NCBI RefSeq assembly: GCF_006345805.1
Contig: NW_021834818.1
Location: 1-45,222 of the forward strand
DNA: 45,222 nt
Source: Octopus sinensis
Taxonomy: Eukaryota
Direction of reading: 5' to 3'
Position 1 is the stretch's first letter. Every line of letters starts with the position of its first letter. The translations under genes and the position numbers were made by a program. This document shows, piece by piece, positions 12,405 to 24,238 of this stretch. Below the pieces are notes generated by a model. That model was given only the letters and a program-made list of their open reading frames with translations. It was not told the origin of the DNA and did no database searches.

Positions 12405-15128
12405 CTTTCTTTCAACGCGGATGGACGTGTCTCCGGAAGCTCCGTGATTTTTGTGGCAATTTCATTGGAAATTTGTTTGTGAGTTGAAATATTTTTTAAT
12501 ATTTGTGTGGCCAAGCCGACTAACTTTTTACAGAGCTAGTTGGCTAGGCAAAATTTTACCCCTTTGGGGGTGAAATTACTGTTTATATTATTGACATTCA
12601 CATTATTTTGCACACACACAGTTCCAAAATGTCGTTAAAAAGAGCTGCTGGCTCTTCCCTCCTTGCAACACCACCCCCTCCACAAGAAGAAAAAATTTTG
12701 TCAGCGGTTCCGAACCGCCCATTTCAAGCCGTGAAAGGCAAAGAAAACATTACAATGGAACGTGCTGAAAAGCAAAGCGTTCCAAATAAGAACAAAAAAG
12801 ACGGCGTGTCTTGCGACGTCATTTTAGATTTCCCCCCTCTACCTTCAATTAATGTTATAGTACCGAAGGGGGAGGAAGGGAATGATATGAATAAGAGAGA
12901 AATAAACAAAGAAACAAAAATTGAAGAAAATTCCAAAGGTTTTGCTTCAGCTGCGAAGCAGATTTCGGAAGAGATACAAGTTTCGATGGAGGATATTAAA
13001 ATGGCAAAAGAGTTGTTGAGAAAAGAGGGAAACAGTGTTTTCCTCAACACACCTCAACAACTCATACATGACACCAACAAAAAAACAATTTTCTACAAAG
13101 TTTTCGAAAAGAAAACTAAAAGACTGGTTAACGCCACACCCCAACAGTTAGAAATGGCTCTGAAGCCCATTTGGGGCCAAATGAGCTATGTGACAAGAGG
13201 GAAGCGATTTGGAACCGTGGAGGTTCGCTTCCCAACAGAGGAGCAAGCAAGGGCGCATGCCATTTCGCCCTTGCAAAATGAACATTTGTTCCTCGTTCCG
13301 ATGTACCTCGGGCGTAAGGTCCAAAAAATAACAATAAATACAATACCCCACGAACTGAATATCTCATGGCTAGTGGCGGCTATCCTCTATGGCATAGAGG
13401 ACACTGCCACTATTCTAAATGTTCGGAGGGTAAGAGAAAAGAACTGGTCAGGTATGGGTATTGAAATGCTGGTACAGAGCCAGCAGGAAAACATCAATGC
13501 CATACATGACTTTGTCATTTTACTAGATGGGATCAGGCTAAACGTTACTGTAGAGGGGCGAAAGCCAAAATGTTTCCTCAGCAGTAGCGAAAGCCACCTG
13601 AAGAGGGACTGCCCCATTCAAAAAAAGAGAATGGAGGAATACAGCAAGAGGCAGCAACAACAACAACAACAACAACAACAGAAACAGCAGAAACAGCACG
13701 AAACACCAAAGGCTGCCACACTACCAACACCATCACCAGCACCAAGACGAACAACACCACCTCCAGCAACAACAACCACCAAACCAACACCAACACCAGT
13801 ACCTAGAAGGTCGACAGCAGCACCATCAACAGCAACAGGAGCAGCGGCACCACCGATACCGGCGGAACCAACGACTTTTCGTCCTGCTGCTGAAGCAGAC
13901 CCCTCAACCATTCCTTTGCCGGATGAAGAGTACTCGGATTGTGCGAGCTCTGATTCCAACAACGGAGAATGGAGCACAGTGCTTCCAAAAAAGAAAAGGA
14001 GGAGAAAACAAAATGACACACAGGGGAAGCACGAACAAATAGTGCTTCCCAACATCAAAAACAACAACAACAACACATACTCACAACAACAAACAACAAT
14101 AACACTTTCGACACCACTACTGCCATTGCCACTGCCACAGACACAAACCCACACAGACACAATTACATCAATAAATACAAGAAACCAGGAACTGGTTGAG
14201 TATTTGAAAGAAAAAACAAGTACAAATATAACGGATTTCGTTATACCAACACAAAACACACCACCAGCACACATTCTCTAGGCGTTGAAGATGACGAACT
14301 GAGCGGTCTGTTCGAGAGGACTTTCGGGCCGGTGCCGATGGATAATTTCCAGAGGTCGCTCGCCTGGCAGTGCTACCGAGGGGCTCTGCCTGTTCGAGAT
14401 AAACTCTACTTGCACGGAAGTGCCGTCAGCCGGGCCTGCCCGAGGTGTTGCCAGGACGACGAAACCGTTCTGCACGCACCCGTCCAGTGCCCGAGTATTG
14501 CTGAAATATGGGTTTATGTCGAACAGCTACTGTCACGTGTAGGACGGATCCGACTATCGGCCGAATCCATAGTGAAGATTGTCCCGCCGACCTCCTTTAA
14601 CAAGGAGGGCGAGGCCGTTTTCTTGTGCCTAGTGGCTGTGGCGAAAGAGGTGGTGTGGTGGACTCGTTTGAAAGGGCTAAAGTCAGACACTTTCCTCTTT
14701 GGTCAAGGCCTCATCAACTTTTTCAAGTTTCACTTGAAAAGGAAGATGAGGTTAGAGAGGAAAGTGCTGTCCGATAGCAAGTTTTATGAAAGGTGGGTGA
14801 ATTGTGCGAGACTGGCCAGTATAAATGGACCAGTTCTCAGGTTTCGCCTGTGATTTCAAAAGGGTAATATAAAAGGAGAAAAAAAGGGACTCTCTACACC
14901 CCTTTTTTGGCCAGACTCCCGTTGGCTTTTGTAGGGTTTTTTCCACCAGGAACCTTTCGTAACGCCTCCCCCTTTTGGGAGTTTTTCATTGTTTTATAAT
15001 TATTGTTATACAGTTTTTACTCGGATTTTTTAACAAACGGACAAAACCCTTTGTAACCTTTCGTCCTGTTTTGTCCCTTTATGTTTCCAATCATGTGTGT
15101 CAGCCCTTGTGGCCAATAAAAAGAATTA
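12405..15128 (+). mobile_element. Tx1/L1-clade LINE derivative: intact ORF1, ORF2 deleted except its C-terminus, 3' UTR with AATAAA
   Basis: ORF1 abuts LGVEDDEL...CPRCCQDDETVLH (zf-RVT-like) at 14281; AATAAA at 15115; flanked by (TAT)n on both sides. Confidence 0.85.
12608..14281 (+). CDS. LINE ORF1-like (gag-like) protein, 557 aa
   Basis: RRM-like region, degenerate Zn knuckle KPKCFLSSSESHLKRDCP, low-complexity Q/T/P tail; homologous to the broken ORF1 at 40852-42723. Confidence 0.8.
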   Translation: MHTHSSKMSLKRAAGSSLLATPPPPQEEKILSAVPNRPFQAVKGKENITMERAEKQSVPNKNKKDGVSCDVILDFPPLPSINVIVPKGEEGNDMNKREINKETKIEENSKGFASAAKQISEEIQVSMEDIKMAKELLRKEGNSVFLNTPQQLIHDTNKKTIFYKVFEKKTKRLVNATPQQLEMALKPIWGQMSYVTRGKRFGTVEVRFPTEEQARAHAISPLQNEHLFLVPMYLGRKVQKITINTIPHELNISWLVAAILYGIEDTATILNVRRVREKNWSGMGIEMLVQSQQENINAIHDFVILLDGIRLNVTVEGRKPKCFLSSSESHLKRDCPIQKKRMEEYSKRQQQQQQQQQQKQQKQHETPKAATLPTPSPAPRRTTPPPATTTTKPTPTPVPRRSTAAPSTATGAAAPPIPAEPTTFRPAAEADPSTIPLPDEEYSDCASSDSNNGEWSTVLPKKKRRRKQNDTQGKHEQIVLPNIKNNNNNTYSQQQTTITLSTPLLPLPLPQTQTHTDTITSINTRNQELVEYLKEKTSTNITDFVIPTQNTPPAHIL

Positions 15129-15373
15129 ATTATTATATTATTATTATTATTATTATTATTAATATTATTAATATTATTATTATTATTATTATTATCATTA
15201 TTATTATTATTAATGTTGTTGTTGTTGCTGCTGCTGCTCTTGCTGTTGTTGTTATTGTTATTATTATTATTATTATTATTATCATTATCATCATCCTCAT
15301 CATCAACATCATCATCATTATTATTATTATTATTATTATTAATTTTATCATTATTATCATTATCATTATTATT
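15129..15373. repeat. (TAT)n compound microsatellite
   Basis: Direct reading. Confidence 0.97.
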
Positions 15374-16193
15374 CAGTAGTTTTATTTTTATAGCGTGCTT
15401 TCACTTCACTACCGAGCGCAGCTCTGTGTGCCTTGGGTATGTGCTGTGATTTGTTGTGATGCTCTGATGGTTATTGTATGGAAAGTGTTCTGCGTAGGAT
15501 GTGTGCAGTGCCTAGTAGTGCAATTTTCTGTATGTTATATGTGTTTGTAAGTCCTGGTGTTTTTGTTATGTATTTGTCTGAATATTTTTTTATCATGCCT
15601 AATGCACCTACTATGATAGGAATTGTTTCCGTTTTCAGATTCCACATTCTAGTTACCTCTATTTCCAGGTCTTTGTATTTTGAGAGTTTCTCCATTTCTT
15701 TTAGAGACACGTTGTCATCTGCCGGTATTGATACATCAATTAGAAAGCATTTTTTTTCTTCATGATCTCTGACAACTATATCTGGTCTGTTGACCTTAAT
15801 TTCTCTATCTGTGTGTATCGGCATATCCCAGAGTATGGTTGCTTTCTCGTTTTCTGTGACCTTTTCTGGTGTGTGCCTATACCATCTTTTTTCTGTTGTT
15901 ATTCTATAATGTTGGCATAGCTTCCAGTGTATGTAGGTTCCAACTCTGTCATGTCTATGAATACATTCCTTCTTAGCCAGGACTGGGCAGCTAGAGATAA
16001 TATGATTTATTGTTTCTTGTCCATCTCCACATATTCTGCAGTTACTTGTAATATTTCTTTTCATTACATGTTTTTGGTAATTTCTGGTGGGGAGGCTTTG
16101 GTCTTGTGCTGCAATTAAAATCCCTCTGTTTCTGCTTTGAGTCCTGAGCTTCTCAACCATTGCTGGGATTTTTCTTTGTCTATTTCTTTTGCG
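15374..16193 (-). mobile_element. 5'-truncated R4/Dong-like LINE (CCHC knuckle plus restriction-like endonuclease)
   Basis: CRICG..ETINHIISSC, RHD, RPDIVV...LIDVSIP; lies between two (TAA)n tracts. Confidence 0.9.
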
Positions 16194-16272
16194 TTATTAT
16201 TATGATTATTATCATTATCATTATTATTACTATTATTATTGTTGTTGTTGCTGATGTTGCTGTTGTTTTTAC

Positions 16273-16327
<55 letters not shown>

Positions 16328-16456
16328 ATTATTATTATTAATATTATTATTATTAATATTATTATTATTATTATTGTGATTATTATTATTATTGTTGTTG
16401 TTGTTGTTGTTGCTGCTGTTGCTGTTATTGTTATTATTATTATTATTATTATCATT

Positions 16457-16534
<78 letters not shown>
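16194..16534. repeat. (TAT)n compound microsatellite
   Basis: Direct reading. Confidence 0.97.
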
Positions 16535-16535
<1 letters not shown>

Positions 16536-19500
16536 TATGTTTGACTTTTGCTTTATATTTGTACAAGTTGGCTCCAAGTCTCACCCAGAGACAACATGAT
16601 CAATGGTTTTATTTTGTCGTCGGCATACACGGCATGTTGGGCCACTGCCTTTCTTTAATATGTTGACCAGGTAGTTTCTTGTTAGTCGGCATTGATCTTG
16701 AGCTGCTATGATAAACCCTTCTGTTTCAGATTTTAAGCCAGAGGCCATTAGCCATTGATGGGTCAGGGCTTTGTCGATATCTGCATTATTCGCTCTCTTT
16801 GGGTATTTGCCATAGAGAGTTTTTTCATGCGCCTAGCTTTTTCTGTGCTTGTTTCTTGTATGTCTATCTCTAATTCCGAAATTTGTTGTATTCGGAATTC
16901 ACTTAGATATTCCTTTGCCTGTTTCGTTACTGAGTATGATGCTTTCTTGTTTTCATGTTTTGAGACAAGTTTTAACATCCAGTCCTCAGACTTTTTCAGG
17001 TAGGTGTCTAGGCCAATTGTAGCAATCTTCATTGTTATTGCCAGTTGTAAAAGACCACGGCCTCCCTCTTTTCTTGGCAGATAAAGTCGTTCTGTATCTA
17101 CCTTAGGGTGGTGCATTCTATGCATTGTCAACAGTTTTCGTATTTTTCTGTCGAGCTGACATATTTCAGTAATTGACTAGTTAACGATATTGAAACTGTA
17201 AGTCACGACTGGTATGGCTAATGCATTGATCGCTTCGATCCTGTTTCTTGCATTCAGCTCTGTCTTGAGTATTGCTCTCACTCTTCGATAACATTCTCTC
17301 CTGATCCTTTCCTTCATCTCTGAATGCCTTATTCCGTTCCCTTCAATTACCCCTAGGTACTTGTAGCTCTCCGCTGGGTCTAGTTCTTTTATGACATTCT
17401 GCTGGTCAAGGTTAACGTTAGATATTTCTGTCATTTTTCCTTTGATAAAGGTAGCTTTTGCACATTTATCGAGGCCGAATTGCATTCTGATGTCGTCACT
17501 GAATTGTTTGACTATCACTACTAAGCCCTTGAGTTGTTGGTCATTTTTTGCAAAAAGCTTTATATCATCCATGTAAATGAAATGATTTATATTTTTATCA
17601 AACATTTTATACCCGTACTGCGCGTCATTGAGCAGTTTTGAGATAGGTATTAAGGCTAAACAAAAGAGGAGTGGTGACAGTGAGTCACCCTGGAAAATGC
17701 CACATGAAATGTTTACATCACCAGCATTTAGGGATTCATTGTCACTGTTCAGAGTTAGTGTGGTTCTGCATGATCTCATACTTACAGTCAAAACGTTTCG
17801 CAGAGTAGGTGCTATCTTATACATTTCCAGGCATTTCCTAATCCAGCTATGTGGTAGGCTATCAAAAGCCTTTTTATAGTCCATCCAGGCTATTGATAAG
17901 TTTTTGTGTCGTTTGTGACAATCTTCTAAGATCATCTTATTGATGAGTAGTTGATCTTTACAGCCGTAGGATCCACGTTTTTACCTCCTTTCTATTCATT
18001 AGTGAATATGCTGCTGTCTGTTAAAAACTATAAGTATATTCCGTCAGGACAGATTTTAGCGTTTTATACATAGTTGTTAAGCAGGCTATGGGTCTATAGT
18101 TTTTTGGTTCATTTGTTTCTTTACTTTTTGGAAGCAGAAATGTTAACCCATTAACTAGCCAAGGAGGCATCCTACTAGGGTGTTGCAAAACATCATTGTA
18201 CAGTTCTGTTAGCAGTTCATGGCTCTCTGGGAAGGCATTCAGCCAGAAGTTAGGAATTTTATCCTTTCCTGGAGACTTCCATTTGCTTGACCTCCTGAGA
18301 GCAGATCTTATATCTTCTACCTTGACACCCTCCCACTTCTGCTCTTCTAAGGAGTCCAGTTCTGTAGATATTCTGTCAATCCAGGGGGCCTTTTCGTTGT
18401 GTATTTTTTCTTCTGCCCAAATTTTATTCCAAAATCCCTGCACTTCTTCTTTTGATGGTACAGACCTTACAGTAAACGCTGTTTTTCCTATCTTCCTGTA
18501 AAAATTCTTGGGGTTATTTTTGAACATGTTGTTGTCCTTGAAAAATCTAACACGCTTTTCATACCTCGCTATGCGGGCAGCTTTGGCAGATACCTTTTGT
18601 TTGATGGTTTCTATGGTGGCATCAATATCAAGTATAATTTTCATATTGTATTTTTTCAGTATTTTGGGGTTTTTTGTAGGTTTGGTAGTCTTGTGAACCG
18701 TAAGGTTTTTCAAATATTCAATGTCAGATCTAAATAGTTTAATTTGTTGTTGCAAACGCTCTTGCCAAGAAGGCTTTTTGTGGGAATGTTGCCGTTTTCT
18801 AATCTTTACACCACATAGGATCGTTGAGATTTTCGCGGATGCATAGTATAGGTGGTTGAGATTTGTGATAGCTGAAATTATATCCTTAAGTGCAAGCCGG
18901 ATTTTACCAATTATTTTCATGTTTTGGTTAGAGTTGCGGATTTTAGGGAGTGTATCACGTTCATCCATGCTGGTTGCTTTAATTTTCAGCCATTCAATCA
19001 TGAATTATCTATTTGATGTTCATCTGTCTTAGTGTTTATGATTGGTTCAGGGAGTGTTTCACTTTGCCTATCACTTATACTAACTCTTTCAATCCTTACT
19101 TCGTTTTTATCAGCCCTGGGCTGCTCTATAATTATTTCCTCTGTATTATCTTCTCTAGCTGCAGCTTCGTTCATTTTATCCGATATTGCTTGTCTAACTT
19201 GATCAATCTCTACTTCAGTCAGTGATTTTTTCTTTTATAATGTTTCTTCTGACGTTGGCAAGTTTGTTACTGTCTACGTAGGGTCCTACTTCAGGGTGTT
19301 TCTGTCTCCAGTTTATGTAGGTTTGTACAGTGTTAGATTTATCTGTGGGGAAATATATGGCATGGTAGAAGGCCGCAAGAACTTCTTTATTATCTTCCCT
19401 AGACCATTTTTCCTTCTTTTTCTTTTGATTATTTGGTGACGAGCATGGATGGCCATTTGTTGGAATATTGTGGGGTACGTCCAGCTCCTGTGTGTTGGGA

Positions 19501-19932
19501 AGATTTGATCCAGTAGCTGATTTTTCAATCAGAATTTGGTTCAATTTTCGGGTACGTGGTCTTTGTAATCCGCGCGATGACCAATGCGGTTTTTAGTTTG
19601 ATTTGTTGACATTGAAGCATGACGAGCTTCCACTCTTACATTAGGAGATGGATCTGTCAGTTTAGGGTTCTCTACACGTAAGCATTGCTCGTAGCGCAGC
19701 TTCTTATGGCTAGTAGATCTGTATTCGTCTGTATCTATTTTGTTGATAGTTTTATCTTCGAACATTTTTTCCTTCTCTTCCTTTTTTCCTCTCTCTTTCT
19801 TTCTTTCTCCTTCTTCCCCTTTTTCCTTCCTTCTCTTCCATTTCTCTTTTAAACTTATAAAAGGCTCACTCTGCCTGTATTAGTTCGAAATAATGAGAAT
19901 AAAATACGAAGGAAAAAAAGGAAAAAAAAGGG
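16535..19932 (-). mobile_element. Near full-length R4/Dong-like LINE, pseudogenised, endonuclease region deleted
   Basis: KSPGKDKIPNFW, NYRPIACL, DYKKAFDS, GIFQGDSLSPLLF, YMDD, YKYLG. After CRVC..TIDHVVSG the sequence jumps to the 3' UTR and (TAA)n. Confidence 0.92.
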
Positions 19933-20099
19933 ATTATTATTATTATTATCATTATTATTATGATGATTATTATTATTATTATTATTATTATCATTATTAT
20001 TATTATTACAATTATTATTGTTGTTGTTGTTATTGTTGTTGTTGTTGCTGTTGTTGTTACTGCTATTGGTTTTATTATTGTTATCATTATTATTATTAC

Positions 20100-20138
<39 letters not shown>

Positions 20139-20166
20139 CATTATTATTGTTATTATTATTATTATT
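19933..20166. repeat. (TAT)n compound microsatellite
   Basis: Direct reading. Confidence 0.97.
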
Positions 20167-20639
20167 CAGTGAGAGAGCAGTGCATTCCATCAAAGTAGCA
20201 CTGGGGTAAATTATATGAAGCCCAGCATACCTATCATGACTACCCGTCATTCAGAACTTTATCTGAATACTCTTCAGACAAGAGAAAAACTCCTGCAGCA
20301 GTTGACAACAAATGATGATTAATATAATTTCAGCAAGTGTATAGGAGTCACGACATTCATGTTCTTTCTTTCCATGTGTTAATAACAACAAAAAGAGAAA
20401 TGGTTCTCGTGAAAACTGAAAAGTTGTTACATCGCTACATTCTAATAGCCTACAGCTTGAATAAAAAAGTGTCACTTTAAATAAGAAGAAAATTCATAGT
20501 CACTTGAAATTACTTCATTATATCGTAGATTAGGCATATTTTGGTGTCGAAAATTTGATGGTTGTGATTTCAAAGTGTCTTTCAGAAGAGCAGTTTAGAC
20601 GGAATGTTTTGGTGCTAGGATAATTGTTTTATTCTACGT

Positions 20640-21290
20640 AACAATTGGTCTTAAAGGAATGCATGAACTGCGGTAGAAACAATAAAAGCAACGATTTGCA
20701 CTTTCAGTTTCTGAGGCATACGACAGTGAAAGAATACTCATAATAAACATGGGGGAAAATTAATAGCGATATATTTTTCGCAAATACAGGGTATCAGTTT
20801 AGAGACAGTAAAGGAAAAATTAACAGTTGCTCTTCATGGATGATCTGAACCTTTTTAGCAAGAATAAAAAAAGATATTCTTTAAAACAAACTGTAAAACA
20901 CTTCAGCAAGTTTATAGATATAGGATTTTTCATGGATAAGTGTGCAGTATTAGTCATAAAACTGGACAAGTGGTCAGCAATAAAGTCTCCAATTACTAGA
21001 TGACAAGACTTTAAAATCACTGAAACAATGCGAGAGTTATCTGTACCTAGGTGTACTAGAATCTCACAATGTACTAACTATAGAAATTAAAACGGAACTG
21101 GAGAAGGCGTAAATAAGAAAGGTGAGGAAGCTAATGAAATCATAGTCAAATGGGACGTATCTAGTGAAGGCTGTAAATACATGGCCACTAACGTTACGTG
21201 TATTTACATGGATTAAGTTAGATCAAACCAACTGTCATGCAATTCAAAGCAGACTTTACAATGACTGAACACAATACTCGGAAATAATCA
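20640..21290 (+). mobile_element. Old R4-like RT remnant
   Basis: AYDSV, GYQFRDSKGKI..FMDDLNLF, YLYLGVLE motifs in broken frames. Confidence 0.55.
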
Positions 21291-21436
21291 TTTCGACTTA
21301 TTAAAATGTAAACCAACACATCATTATTTATTGTCAACTGCATTAAATATTTGTGAATTTGATAATCTTTCTTTATGCTATTAGATTTACAAAGTGTTAA
21401 ACTTTTCCAAGAAATAAAGAGTATTATTGTACATAC

Positions 21437-21505
21437 ATCTCATTTATGCTGGAAAGGTATGAGAAAGCGCCATCAAATTTTTGTAAACGGTTGTAGCTCA
21501 AATTT
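21437..21505 (-). CDS. LRR exon (69 bp): NLSYNRLQKFDGAFSYLSSINEI
   Basis: tttgattctttcag| ... |gtatgt; phase 2-2; LxYNxL motif. Confidence 0.9.
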
Positions 21506-21989
21506 CTGAAAGAATCAAAGATAAGTTAAAATACGTAAAAATAAAAACAAACTGTTTTATACCGTAAAATACTTTCTAAATTTCTTTTTTCTCAAATGCA
21601 GGGTATCCGTTTAGAGACAGTTTAGAAACAGAAAAAGACAGTGTGCGTGTGTGTGTGTGGGTGCGTGTGCACACACCACACACACACACACACACGCGCA
21701 TACTGTCTTTTCTCTCTGTGTCTGTCTGTGCTATTTTCTCTCTCTTTTTCTCTCTGTCTCTCTCTCAATCTCTGTGTCACACACTTTTGTGTTTCGCTCA
21801 CCCCATCAATGTGCTGATGGGGTAAAAGAAAACGCATACACACACATACACACAGACACACACACACAGTGTGTCTTCCTCAATGTTTCTGTATGACACT
21901 GTCTTTCTCTCTCTTTCTCTCTCTATCTGTGTCTCCCTGTGTGTCTCTCACTGCAACTCTTTTCAATTGCAATTCCTCGCACAAAACAA

Positions 21990-22420
21990 TCCGTCGGCAG
22001 GAGCACTACGACACATAACAGTGGTATCAACAAGCTTCTCAATTGTTCGATGACTGTTCTCCAAGATGAGTTCATGAACTTTTGTGATGTTTTCATTCTT
22101 TCGGGAAGTCATTGGTCGCCCTGAACATAGTTATTTTTCAAGCGACAAGTGACCGTTCCTGGAGTGTGGAAACAACTTGTAAACTTGTGCTTTGCTCCTG
22201 GTAACGTCCTTGTCAGTTGTGTCAAATATGACAATTGTTTCGGCTGCCGCTTTCCCCAGCAGAAATCAGAATTTCCCGGATGCACGCTGTTCCTTCGTTT
22301 CAGCCATCGCAAAAAAATCAATAAACAGAGGAGAAGCACTGCAAAACAACGATACATCACGTGGCAGTACGAGTCTAAATGACAATGCCGGTCGGCACAC
22401 TGATGTCTGATAGTGGCTTC
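21990..22420 (-). mobile_element. Mariner (Tc1/mariner) transposase N-terminal remnant
   Basis: MAETKEQRASGKF*FLLGKAAAET...SKAQVY...SGRPMTSRKNENITKVHELI...RTIEKL. Confidence 0.8.
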
Positions 22421-22495
22421 TAGCAGAGTAAGACTGAACTACAACTGGTTTACCCAACAGAGATAATTTCGGTTACTTTTAGGTACCTCATGTAT

Positions 22496-22549
<54 letters not shown>

Positions 22550-22685
22550 ATTATATAATATATATATATATTATATATATAATATATATATATATATAAA
22601 TATAATGTAGGATAACATTTTTTCGGGAAAAACATTTTATCAATGGCCAGCATATCAAAAATACCTTTAAAGGTTACGTTTATAA

Positions 22686-22950
22686 ATAATTTACAAGATA
22701 AGGGCAAAAGAAATATTTTGTAATGCCAAATATGCCGAAAAAAAGACAAAAATTGTCAATAACCATTATAATTTATGCGTCTCGAAACAAATCGATAGAA
22801 ATTTCAAAAAAATTCGTTATTACCGTATTGGTCCCAATTTCGGGGATAATTCATAAGAATTTTCACTTCATCAGCGATAAATTTTAGTCTTTTTGTCTTT
22901 CTTTCGGCATATTTGACATTAGAATTTTCCTTTGCCCTTATCTTGTAAAT

Positions 22951-22953
<3 letters not shown>
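22686..22953. repeat. ~65-bp inverted repeat (22686-22752 / 22890-22953)
   Basis: ataatttacaagataagggcaaa... / ...tttgcccttatcttgtaaattat. Confidence 0.75.
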
Positions 22954-23023
<70 letters not shown>

Positions 23024-23238
23024 ATATATATATAATATATATATATATACATATATATATGATACAAAAAAGAAAATGGAGAAACAAATTTAGTTTGTTA
23101 ATCAACTTTCATATATTAGAATGTTGGATCATATATTCATTTAACAAAATGAGAAACTTAATAGCATACATATATATATCTTATAATTCAGTACATATAA
23201 GAATACAAATTATAAAAATCATAATATATTATTGTCTA

Positions 23239-23282
<44 letters not shown>

Positions 23283-23415
23283 GTTTCTGTATATATCTGT
23301 GAACATGTGTATATATATTTGCATGACTATAGTGTATGACTATAAATTGTGTTGTGGTTGTGTATGTGTGTTCGTGTTTGTGTGTGAGTGTGTGTGTGTG
23401 TGTTTGTGTGTGTGA

Positions 23416-23462
<47 letters not shown>

Positions 23463-24166
23463 TCTGTATCTGTAAATCTGCCTCTCTGTCTGCTATTACA
23501 AAAATGTTATTGAGTGCAACGAAATTCAGTTTACAATTCAGATTCGTCATATTTTTATTTATGTACAGATATATGTGTGTGTATATAAGCATTGTATCTT
23601 TGTGTTTGCATCTATGTTACCAACCTTAAGTGTTGCTCCTGCTACATCTGTATATTGAAGGTTTTATCAATGTTAATAAAATAGAAACAATTGTAGGCTT
23701 TATACTGAGCAAACTAATAAACGCCACTGTCTCTATATTTATCGTTTCTTGTTAGAAAGTCTGTGTTTCTTTCCGAATTCTGCCATAGGATATTTCTATT
23801 TACTTATCATACAGGAGGAATTCACCTGGATGTGTATTCTACTTCTTATTACTGGTGCCTAATTGTCGAATATTGTTAGATCTGAATCTCTGGATTCCCC
23901 TCGTTGTCCTACATGGCTTTTCCCTGTATTTGGGAAAATTTGTCTTTAATTGTTAATTGTTACGTTGTTCACATTAATTTATATAAATCACATCACAAAC
24001 GTAAACGACAAACACTCATTTTCATACCCGCGCGCACACACACACACACACAGAGAAAAAGTGAGCGTCTGTTTGAGAGGATGAAAGAGAGAGCGAAGAT
24101 AGAAGGGAAGACAATATATATAGAAACATACAATTAGATTAATAATATCAAAAAGATCAAACTTAC

Positions 24167-24238
24167 ACCCTCTCTAAATTGGTGAGACCCTCGAACGATC
24201 CATGTTCAATAATCGCGATTTTATTATTGGCTAGATTT
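24167..24238 (-). CDS. LRR exon, array copy A (72 bp): NLANNKIAIIEHGSFEGLTNLERV
   Basis: ctctcccaaattacag| ... |gtaagt; open frame, phase 2-2. Confidence 0.9.

Noticed and set aside
13618-14274. Long antisense ORFs over TE coding regions (also 32310-33241, 42081-42401, 44674-45150)
   Set aside because: Shadow frames of the LINE ORFs with no independent motifs.
23790-23945. Possible second LRR-like exon per unit (RFRSNNIRQL on the minus strand)
   Set aside because: In-frame stop, no donor, a 10-bp deletion in unit B, and a poor fit to LxxLxLxxN.
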